Assembly (NCBI GenBank): GCA_965197745.1
Contig: CBDANS010000007.1
Coordinates: 672,001 to 736,000, forward strand
Reading direction: 5' to 3'
DNA: 64,000 nucleotides
DNA from: Opitutales bacterium
GTDB lineage: Bacteria; Verrucomicrobiota; Verrucomicrobiia; Opitutales; PNEW01
Of the stretch, positions 39,831 to 48,225 are shown in pieces. The position numbers and the translations under genes were made by a program. The notes below the pieces were generated by a model that saw only the letters and a list, made by a program, of their open reading frames with translations, did not search any database and was not told the DNA's origin. The stretch's first letter is position 1. Every line of letters starts with the position of its first letter.

Positions 39831-40030
39831 AGATAGCCACATAAGGCACAAGATATACAAAAAAGAAAGTGGAGGGCTACGCGTCGTCGTGGCCGTGGCC
39901 GTTTGAAATTTTGAGAAATAGTCTTAGAAATAATACCACTTATTTTTAAGTAATTAGGGTAAAAGAGGACGAAGACGAGGAGGCAGACGAAGATTCATTG
40001 TATGATGATTTACCTTAATCCTCGTCTTCG
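39831..40030 (-). repeat. Dispersed repeat copy in reverse orientation, with the GTGGCTATCT module attached at the hairpin end
   Basis: The reverse complement reads AAATCATCATACAATGAATCTTCGTCTGCCTCCTCGTCTTCGTCC...CGGCCACGACGACGCGTAGCCCTCC-ACTTTCTTTTTTGTATATCTTGTGCCTTATGTGGCTATCT. Confidence 0.92.
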
Positions 40031-40255
40031 ACCATCCCTATAAAATTTACCCATCTGGGCTAGACAAACCTTGTAATTCTCTAATTAAGTCGCTTCTCTT
40101 TAACTCTATAATCCCGGGTTTTCTCCATGGCGATGGGCATAATTTTAAGATTTTTTCAGAATCCTATTGCAATATTATCAAAAATTTTCCATTTTCGCCG
40201 GTTTGCAAACTTTAAGCGTCCCCATTTAATTACCATTTAACGGAGAGATTGCATC

Positions 40256-40468
40256 TTGAGAGACGACTATATAGAAGAAGCCCAAAAAATTATTCCTGAT
40301 CCCAATATTCTTATCAATGTGGTATCGCGCCGGGTAAAACAGCTTAAATACGGCAATAAACCATTGGTGGAATCATTGGAAAGGTTGAGTCCTGAAGATA
40401 TTGCCTTGAGAGAGATCATTGAGGGCAAAATCAGCTACGAGCTTTACGATCCGGAAAATCAAGACTGA
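40256..40468 (+). CDS. rpoZ: RNA polymerase omega subunit
   Basis: 70 aa with LINVVSRRVKQL and IALREIIEGKI omega motifs. Confidence 0.88.
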   Translation: MRDDYIEEAQKIIPDPNILINVVSRRVKQLKYGNKPLVESLERLSPEDIALREIIEGKISYELYDPENQD

Positions 40469-40572
40469 TTTTGGCCAACGAGGGAGGGTTGCTCACCACT
40501 ACCTGTTGGCCTTATCCGTTTCACTTATTTATTGCTGAAAAGGATGGAGCTGACTTTTGTGTGGGATGAACC

Positions 40573-41049
40573 ATGCCTGCGAAAAAAACAGATTCGGATC
40601 GTTACCGGGAAATACGCAACGCCAAGGTCCTGCGCGATTATTTCGTGGAGGATACCCGCGAAGCAGGGATCGTCTTAACCGGCACGGAAGTTAAATCGAT
40701 ACGCATTGGGCGGGCACAGATCAGTGATGCCTTCGCCCGTATTGAGAAAGGGGAGGTTTTTCTCCACCATGCCCATATCGATGAATATCCATTTGGTAAT
40801 CTCAATAATCACAAACCCTATCGTCCGCGTAAACTGATCTTGCACAAAAAAGAGATCAGAAAACTAGAGATCGAACTGCAGAGCGGTGGTAAAGCTTTAA
40901 TTCCAACACGGCTTTATTTTAAAAAGGGACTTGTGAAAGTGCAGATTGCTTTGTGCAAAGGTAAAAAACTTTATGATAAGCGTGAAGATCTTAAAAAGAA
41001 AGCAATGTTGCGGGAAGCTGAAAATGCAGTTAAGAATCATAGAGTCTAA
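40573..41049 (+). CDS. smpB: SsrA-binding protein
   Basis: EAGIVLTGTEVKSIR, RKLILHKKEI and KGKKLYDKRE motifs. Confidence 0.97.
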   Translation: MPAKKTDSDRYREIRNAKVLRDYFVEDTREAGIVLTGTEVKSIRIGRAQISDAFARIEKGEVFLHHAHIDEYPFGNLNNHKPYRPRKLILHKKEIRKLEIELQSGGKALIPTRLYFKKGLVKVQIALCKGKKLYDKREDLKKKAMLREAENAVKNHRV

Positions 41050-41117
41050 GAAACACTTATTCGATCAAGGGCAAGCGAAGACGAAGATTAATTAACTATG
41101 TTAACCCTCATTTTCCC

Positions 41118-41579
41118 GTGCTGCATATCATACTATATGAACCGGAAATACCCCAAAATACGGGTAATATTGGTAGATTATGCGCCATCACGCGATCCAG
41201 GTTACATCTTATCCACCCTCTTGGTTTTAAAATTAATGACCGCCATCTTAAAAGAAGCGGGATGGATTACTGGCACACGCTTGACCTGCATCATCACGAT
41301 GACTGGGAGCATTTTTTAAAGTGTAAGGAGCGCCCGCAAAAAATCTGGTTATTTACGACCAAAGCCTCCCCTTTCTTTTGGGATGTTGGATTTTCAGATG
41401 GCGACGGTCTGCTCTTTGGAAATGAAGGATCAGGTTGCCCCCAAAGCATTCATTTGTGGGTTGGAGAAGAACACCGCGTGACTATACCTCAACCCAATAG
41501 CGAATTACGCTCTCTCAATCTTTCCACCAGTGTGGGCATAGCGACCTATGAGGCCATCCGTCAATTCGGTTTTTTATGA
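41118..41579 (+). CDS. trmL: tRNA (cytidine/uridine-2'-O)-methyltransferase
   Basis: PEIPQNTGNIGRLC, GMDYW, LFGNEGSG and RSLNLS SPOUT motifs. Confidence 0.95.
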   Translation: MLHIILYEPEIPQNTGNIGRLCAITRSRLHLIHPLGFKINDRHLKRSGMDYWHTLDLHHHDDWEHFLKCKERPQKIWLFTTKASPFFWDVGFSDGDGLLFGNEGSGCPQSIHLWVGEEHRVTIPQPNSELRSLNLSTSVGIATYEAIRQFGFL

Positions 41580-41920
41580 CATCTTCAACGACAAATAGAT
41601 AATGTTCATCTCCTGGTTTATTTATCCGAGGGTCAAAAGAGCGGAGCGAGTTATCTATTTTACTTTCGAGGAAGGCTTCATTTTTAGGGAGGGTAGTCAG
41701 GCTACGGTGAATAGTAGAAGCCAAATGTTTCAGTCCTGAAAGATCATCTTCACGAATTAGTCGAAGGATAAATAAATATTATGATTAATCCTATTTAATT
41801 TTAATTTAAAAATAAAATCGCAAATTCGCGATCGACTATTGTAAGCAAGCAATCGATTATCGTGACTGATGTGAATTTATCCTCTGACTTTTGACCTTCA
41901 AACTTTGATTTTCGACTAAA

Positions 41921-42754
41921 ATGCGATACGGGATCAGCACCACAGTTATTCTACCTGAAGAATTGGAATCGGGTCTTAATAGAATAAAAAAAGCGGGCTT
42001 TAACGAGGTTGAATTGTTATGGGAACCTCCTCATTTCGAGCTTGGAATGAAATCGATAGAAATGATTCATTCGCTTATGAATCGCTTTGAACTTTCAATG
42101 CGCGTTGGTCACAGCCCGATTACAGGCATCGATTTGGCATCACTGGATAGTGAAAAAAGAAAAGCTTCGCTGGCGGAAGTTGCCAGGTCGTTTACTTTTT
42201 TTAAGGAGCTGGGAGCTGAATCGGTGGTCGTTCACCCCAATGGCTCCTATCCTGATATGTTCAGCATGTATAGCGAAGAAAATCGAAATGCGAGCGTAAC
42301 CAACACTAAAGAATCTATTCTCGAGTTGATTGAAAGCGCAGTCGATACGGAAATAAAGATTGCTTTGGAGAATCTGTGCCATGTTGGGTCAGCGCGGCCC
42401 TTACATTCGATGGAAGATCTATTCGAGTTAATTACAGATATGCCAAGGGAGTATGTTGGCTTATGTCTTGATACTACTCACGCCCAGGTCTCAGGACACG
42501 ACCCGCTGCAGCAATTAAATGTGGCGGCGGACAGATTGTTCACCTTACATTTGCATGATACCGACGGAAACGGCAATCAACACTGGGTGCCGGGGAAAGG
42601 GATCCTTGACTGGGATGGGTTTATCGGAAGATTAGCGGAACTAAAATTTACCGGTGCAAGGACGATTGAAGTGGCTTCCACTCGTGAGACAACCGAAAGC
42701 GTCCTCGAGGGAAGTATTAATATCGCCACCGATTGGGAATCCCGTATTGGATGA
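41921..42754 (+). CDS. Sugar phosphate isomerase/epimerase (AP endonuclease 2 TIM barrel), copy 1
   Basis: VVVHP, IALEN, LCLDTTH, LHLHD, HWVPGKG and TIE metal-binding motifs. Confidence 0.92.
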   Translation: MRYGISTTVILPEELESGLNRIKKAGFNEVELLWEPPHFELGMKSIEMIHSLMNRFELSMRVGHSPITGIDLASLDSEKRKASLAEVARSFTFFKELGAESVVVHPNGSYPDMFSMYSEENRNASVTNTKESILELIESAVDTEIKIALENLCHVGSARPLHSMEDLFELITDMPREYVGLCLDTTHAQVSGHDPLQQLNVAADRLFTLHLHDTDGNGNQHWVPGKGILDWDGFIGRLAELKFTGARTIEVASTRETTESVLEGSINIATDWESRIG

Positions 42755-42980
42755 TTTTTTTGTCTTCGACGTTTAAGGAAGAATGGAAGGATGGATGATT
42801 GGATAGGTGGGATTTATTTTTGATTATAATCTATTCTTCCAAGACACCTTGCATCCTTAATCTGATATTAATTTTAGAAATAAAATTCCAATCGACAATT
42901 GTAAATAAGAAATCGATTATAGTAACTGATGTGAATTTATCCTCTGACTTTTGACCTTCAACCTTTGATTTTCGACTAAA

Positions 42981-43814
42981 ATGCGATACGGAATCAGCAC
43001 CACAGTTATTCAACCTGAAGAATTGGAATCGGGCCTTGAAAGAATAAAAAAAGCGGGCTTTACCGAGGTTGAGTTGTTATGGGAACCTCCTCATTTCGAG
43101 CTTGGAATCAAATCGATAGAAAAGATTCATTCGCTTATGAATCGCTTTAAACTTTCCATGCGCGTTGGTCACAGCCCGATTACGAACATCGATTTGGCAT
43201 CACTGGATAGTGAGAAAAGAAAAGTCTCGATAGCGGAAGTTGCCAGGTCGTTTACCTTTTTTAAGGAACTGGGAGCTGAATCGGTGGTCGTTCACCCCAA
43301 TGGCTCCGGTCTTGATATGTTCAGCATGTATCCCGAAGAAAATCGAAATGTGAGCGTAACCAAAACTAAAGAATCTATTCTCGAGTTGGTTGAAAGCGCA
43401 GTCGATACGGGAATAAAGATTGCTTTGGAAAATCTGTGCCATGTTGGGTCAGCGCGGCCCTTACATTCGATGGAAGATCTGTTCGAGTTAATTGCAGATA
43501 TGCCAAGGGAGTATGTTGGCTTATGTCTTGATACTACTCACGCCAAGTTCTCAGGACACGACCCGCTGCAGCAATTAAATGTGGCGGCGGACAGATTGTT
43601 CACCTTACATTTGCATGATACCGACGGAAACGGCGATCGACACTGGGTGCCAGGAAAAGGGATCATTGACTGGGATGGATTTATAGGAAGATTAGCGGAA
43701 CTAAAATTTACCGGTTCAAGGACTCTTGAAGTGGTTTCCACTCGTGAGACAACCGAAAGCGTCCTCGAGGGAAGCATTAAAATCGCCACCGATTGGGAAT
43801 CCCGTATTGGATGA
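42981..43814 (+). CDS. Sugar phosphate isomerase/epimerase, copy 2
   Basis: Same motifs as copy 1; about 26 of 277 residues differ (manual count). Confidence 0.92.
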   Translation: MRYGISTTVIQPEELESGLERIKKAGFTEVELLWEPPHFELGIKSIEKIHSLMNRFKLSMRVGHSPITNIDLASLDSEKRKVSIAEVARSFTFFKELGAESVVVHPNGSGLDMFSMYPEENRNVSVTKTKESILELVESAVDTGIKIALENLCHVGSARPLHSMEDLFELIADMPREYVGLCLDTTHAKFSGHDPLQQLNVAADRLFTLHLHDTDGNGDRHWVPGKGIIDWDGFIGRLAELKFTGSRTLEVVSTRETTESVLEGSIKIATDWESRIG

Positions 43815-43840
43815 TTTTTTTCTCTTCGACCTTTAAGGAA

Positions 43841-44025
43841 GAATGGAGGGATGGATGATTGGATAGGTGGGATTTACTTTTGATTATAATCTATTCTTCC
43901 AAACATCCATTTATCCATCCATCTAATCTTATTCCGGCTTTCCGGCCATCCTGCATCCTGCATCCTGATTACACCCTGCCATACGTCTTGTCACGCCGTA
44001 GTTCATCTCTGCTGAACGAAGGTGG
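43841..44025. repeat. Cluster of short-period repeats (8-nt TGGA/TCCA inverted tracts, CATCCTG x3) and a CCGTAG hairpin module
   Basis: GAATGGAG GGATGGAT GATTGGAT at 43841-43864; inverse TCCA tract at 43894-43925; CATCCTG x3 at 43947-43967; CTTGTCACGCCGTAG...CGAAGGTGG at 43987-44025. Confidence 0.7.
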
Positions 44026-44176
44026 AAGCCCCGTCACCGCGGGGTCGAAAACGGTGCTGAATAATTGTACTGGTATCTCACTTTTAGTTGAAATCTGCAT
44101 TTTTACCGTTATCTAAGAACAACAGGCGTAATGTATTAACAGAAATTCAGGGTTTATTTTAAATTAAGGGGTCAAA

Positions 44177-46390
44177 ATGCGTATAAAAAATCTCGTATCG
44201 GTATCGCTAATTTCACTTTTATTTCCACTTCTTCTCCGAGCGCTTCCACAGGACCAGGAAGTATTTTTGGATTTTGAAGATGCCGAAGGATCGGGAGACT
44301 TTTTACTCGGTACCCCGCCCAATGATATCCAATTCATCGGGTTTACAGTAACAACGCTGGAGGACCCAAGTCTGTTGCACTCGGGAACGAAAGCATTAAC
44401 CCTGGGACCCGGCCAGGAGGGAAAAATCTTCACGAGAAAAGGGATTGCTGAAATCGAATTCTACGTGGCTGAAACCGCGGGCGCGGGCAAGATCGAGGTT
44501 CGAGAAATTACCGTCGATATTGTGGGAGTCGAATTAATTGAATTAGCTCAGCAGGGCGTTTTTACGGGTTTTCCGACCAGCATCAATCCTGATTCCAATC
44601 CCGCGCTGCAAAGAATCGTGGCTTTCAGTGGCAATTACTTCGACGAAACAGATCTCAATTACATTGACGGTATGAATGAAATAAAATTCCTGAATGTTTC
44701 GGGTACACTAGTCGTCGACGATGTGGGTTATACCCTCATCGATGGGCCGAGGAACAACACGGTATTTACTTTCTTTTCTGAATTCCCCGAGTCGAATGAT
44801 GATATTACCCTTGGAACATCACCCATTACCGCGACCTTTTCAGGTGCAGATTTATCCGAGGAAACGTCACCTCCGCTCAACGAACAATCCCGCACAAAAC
44901 GTGCTAACTGGAGAGTTCAGAATGGTGATACCGGAACGATCACCTTCGAAACACCGGCGGCGCGGGTACAATTTTTTGCCTCCACCATCACGTTAGCAGC
45001 TAGCAGTGGCGGTGAATCCGATGGGACTATTGAGGTATATGATACTGAAGATAATTTAATCGCCAGGGAAACAGACCTGCAGCAGAATGTCCTGCAGGGA
45101 TCAGGAGTTCCTCATTATACATTTCTTGCCAGTGAATTGGGAGCTGTAGGCGGCATTGCCAAAATCCTTTTAATCGATAATAAAGATGTAAATCCATTAT
45201 TCAGCTCAACGACTATCGACGACTTCGGTTTTACTCCTATTGGAGCCCCGGGGTTTGAAGGTGGCAGCGAACCGCCCCCCGCAGAAGGTCCTTCTATCAC
45301 CACCCAGCCCGCGAGCCAGGAAGTGCAGTCCGGCACAGCGGTAGTATTGTCTGTAGTGGTCAGTGGTGATGATCTTACTTATCAGTGGTTTACCGGCAAC
45401 AGCGGTGATACCGCCGCTCCCGTTGCCGGCGCTACCGGCAGCACGCTAACTACCGGTGCGCTCACCACGAGCACGAACTACTGGGCACAGATAACTAATG
45501 CCGGCGGCAGTGCTGACAGCGATACCGCGGTCATCTCGGTAGCAGCACCGGCTATTCCTCTCGTCCTCGACGGCTCGGGTGATATCGCGGGTGAAAATAT
45601 TCAGCATGCCAACGGTAATGTCTTCGACCAGATATTACTCACCGGAGAGTCCGTCCAACTCCAGGCCAAACCGGGACAGATCACCCGTGTCTCCTTCATG
45701 GACGAAACCGAGGACATCGTGCAGGTAGAATTTTCCGGTAATGGGACCTTTACCGTAACCCTCGATCCGGCCACCTTCCTCCCCCCGGCCATCCCCCCAC
45801 GCTACAACCAGGCCGTTGAGTACGTGACGGGCAAACCGAGCGTGGTCATTGACGGAGCTGACGCCAATACCTTCTTCAGCATCTTCACGGTGGGCAGGAT
45901 CAACGCCTTTAACCAGGCGCTGTTCCCCGAAGGACAGGTGTATGACGCACAGGCTGACGTGACCCTCGTGGAAGTAATTAATTCCACGGGACTTGGAGGG
46001 GTACAGCTGTCGAACACCGTGTTCAGTGGAAGCACTGGTAAAGTAGGCGTGGATGCACGCGGAGTGCCGATCGCGGTACGCTTAACGATCGGCGATATCG
46101 ATGCTGATGGTGATGCGGTGCCTCACCTCCTCTTCGGAGAAGGGTCCTTCACGGTACCTGCGGGCAACCCCGGGTTGCGCATCACCGGAGGTGACCTGTT
46201 GCAGACGAACGGCGCCGCGGTTGTAGTCGCGGAGAGCGGTTCAACAACGACCGGGTTTGAGACCCTGATCACCCAGAACAACTTCAAGTCCGACAATACA
46301 CCTCAGCCGACACTGAGCATCGATGCCACCTTTGCCAACGAAGATGGTGATGACATTACGGTGACCACAGAGGAGATTACGATAGAGTGA
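44177..46390 (+). CDS. Secreted acidic surface protein: two repeated beta-sandwich-like domains, an Ig-like domain and a conserved C-terminal domain
   Basis: Signal peptide; internal repeat ending DDVGYT / DDFGFT; Ig motif PSITTQPASQ...LTYQWF...YWAQITN; C-terminal NIQHANGNVFDQILLTG...ITGGDL. Confidence 0.85.
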   Translation: MRIKNLVSVSLISLLFPLLLRALPQDQEVFLDFEDAEGSGDFLLGTPPNDIQFIGFTVTTLEDPSLLHSGTKALTLGPGQEGKIFTRKGIAEIEFYVAETAGAGKIEVREITVDIVGVELIELAQQGVFTGFPTSINPDSNPALQRIVAFSGNYFDETDLNYIDGMNEIKFLNVSGTLVVDDVGYTLIDGPRNNTVFTFFSEFPESNDDITLGTSPITATFSGADLSEETSPPLNEQSRTKRANWRVQNGDTGTITFETPAARVQFFASTITLAASSGGESDGTIEVYDTEDNLIARETDLQQNVLQGSGVPHYTFLASELGAVGGIAKILLIDNKDVNPLFSSTTIDDFGFTPIGAPGFEGGSEPPPAEGPSITTQPASQEVQSGTAVVLSVVVSGDDLTYQWFTGNSGDTAAPVAGATGSTLTTGALTTSTNYWAQITNAGGSADSDTAVISVAAPAIPLVLDGSGDIAGENIQHANGNVFDQILLTGESVQLQAKPGQITRVSFMDETEDIVQVEFSGNGTFTVTLDPATFLPPAIPPRYNQAVEYVTGKPSVVIDGADANTFFSIFTVGRINAFNQALFPEGQVYDAQADVTLVEVINSTGLGGVQLSNTVFSGSTGKVGVDARGVPIAVRLTIGDIDADGDAVPHLLFGEGSFTVPAGNPGLRITGGDLLQTNGAAVVVAESGSTTTGFETLITQNNFKSDNTPQPTLSIDATFANEDGDDITVTTEEITIE

Positions 46391-46477
46391 TGCATGATCT
46401 ATCGATCTGTGTTAGACGCCGTCACTCAGTTATGGCGTGCCAAGGGTGTTAAGTTTTATGCAATTAGATGGCGGCCC

Positions 46478-47869
46478 TTATTCTGGCTCTTCGGCTAAGG
46501 ACCTGTATTCCGTTGTCCCTTTTAAACGCCAACCCGCAAATATTAATAAAAGAGCAAAGGTTACGAGAAAATACCATGGGAACCAGGCGAGAGCTTTAAC
46601 AAAAACGGTATCAGTAATAATCGATCCTTCTAACCCAGGATTTGCTATTTCAACTCTGGTTTTTGATTGAGCAAGAAGGAGGGAATAAAGGACCCCCGCA
46701 AATCCATAGACGAGATTAAAAGACAGCCCCTTAAAGCTCAGGACCGTGGCTCGCTGATCAGAACCGGTGATTCGATTCAAGTATTGACTCAGAAAAAGTT
46801 CCGACATGAACATTACGCCGAAAAGTAAAACCATGGGAATCACTCCAGCCAGAGGAATAACGAATGTCATTCCCCAGAGCCCCAGGAATGTAATGAAGCC
46901 GGTGAGAACCAGATTAAATGCGGGAGTTTTAACCTTAGCCAAATATAAGGCGATGCGCGGGATAAAAAGACCCAGGACAAAAAGACCTGACCCGATTATA
47001 CCGAATAAGGCCTCAGGTATATTGATGATACGGAAGTACTGACTGTTAATCGTAATAGCGATGCGAATAATATTGTCGAATACTACCCCCGACAGGATAA
47101 TTACTAAGGCAAATGGTGTTTTCAATATCCAGGTACCTGCCTGCAGGGTTATGCGAATAGATTCGGTTATAGCTTTGATGAAATTTTTTTCTTTGGTCGC
47201 ATTGCTCTTTTCTACAATGGCAACCTCACGCATTCTCAAGGCGGTTACCAGGGTCATGATGGCCATTCCCAAATTTGGATAGAGGGGGAACCTCAAGGTG
47301 ATGGTCTGATTTAAAACACTATTAAACCCTATCCAATCAGTGATACGTTGCATCAATGTAGGATCGTAGACAGCAGCGCCCAGGCTCATAGCGACAATGA
47401 ACGCGATTGATTGAACTCGCATTCGCATATCCAACACGCGACCCCAGTCATTTGCGCTCCCTTCTTTTATTAAAGAGTCATAGGCCAGAGCTTCATCAGC
47501 GCCACTGGCCGCTGCTTCAGCGGCTCCACTAATGATCCGATTGAAAAGGAATAGGGTAAATAAAAAGTTCGGATTGCCCAGGGGGACGAAGCAGAGCAGG
47601 GACATTTCAATGACCATAAGAACTCCCGTAGCGACGAGGAGGTTTCGTCGCCCGATTGCATCGGCTAGAGCACCGGAAGGCACCTCAAGGACGACAATGG
47701 TAGCCGCCCATGCGACGTTGAGCAAAGCAAACTGTTCCAGGCTAAGGCCAAAATCCAAAAAGAGGATGGTGAATATGGGGTAATAAAACCGAGCCGTAAA
47801 AAAAACACGAAAGGCGATAAAGAGACGGATGTTACTTATGCTGAAAGGAGACTTATTGCTGTTTTCCAC
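46478..47869 (-). CDS. MFS transporter
   Basis: About 12 hydrophobic segments, LEVPSGALADAIGRR motif A, SGADEALAYDSL and RATVLS. Confidence 0.92.
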   Translation of the reverse strand: MENSNKSPFSISNIRLFIAFRVFFTARFYYPIFTILFLDFGLSLEQFALLNVAWAATIVVLEVPSGALADAIGRRNLLVATGVLMVIEMSLLCFVPLGNPNFLFTLFLFNRIISGAAEAAASGADEALAYDSLIKEGSANDWGRVLDMRMRVQSIAFIVAMSLGAAVYDPTLMQRITDWIGFNSVLNQTITLRFPLYPNLGMAIMTLVTALRMREVAIVEKSNATKEKNFIKAITESIRITLQAGTWILKTPFALVIILSGVVFDNIIRIAITINSQYFRIINIPEALFGIIGSGLFVLGLFIPRIALYLAKVKTPAFNLVLTGFITFLGLWGMTFVIPLAGVIPMVLLFGVMFMSELFLSQYLNRITGSDQRATVLSFKGLSFNLVYGFAGVLYSLLLAQSKTRVEIANPGLEGSIITDTVFVKALAWFPWYFLVTFALLLIFAGWRLKGTTEYRSLAEEPE

Positions 47870-48225
47870 ACCTGGCTTCCTATACTAAGTATCAAATTTT
47901 TGTGATTATTTATAAATTAAAGGTAATCATATCTAATAAATTAATCTCTCAGTCGTTAACATACTACCCAATGTATTATTATTTATTGCGACAGCGATAG
48001 AAGAAAAGGCAGATCTTTTTTCGAGTAAGCTACGTCGCGGCAAGCGAATATTAAGCGTGAGATTCATTGGTGCCAGGGGTGTGAGGGGTAATAATTTCAT
48101 TTAACCTAACATGAACAAATGAGGAGATAAATTGTCATAAGTCACGGGGATACAAAAATATGTTTCCATGGAAATCAAATATATATTATGGTTTGATTGA
48201 AACCTGAATAGATACTTATAAGGCA

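Larger units (their letters stand above)
41810..43902 (+). repeat. Tandem duplication with a 1060-bp period (gene plus both flanks)
   Basis: About 41810-42842 matches about 42875-43902. Both CDS are 834 bp and colinear with no indels. Confidence 0.95.

Noticed and set aside
40030..41120. tmRNA (ssrA) or tRNA next to smpB
   Set aside because: No GGGG 5' end, T-arm GTTCGA or CCA-type 3' end was recognisable in the neighbouring spacers.
41921..43814. Duplicated isomerase genes as a DGR template/variable pair
   Set aside because: Differences are not confined to adenines of one copy (many C/T, G/T and G/C changes, in both directions), both copies are full genes, and there is no reverse transcriptase in the window.
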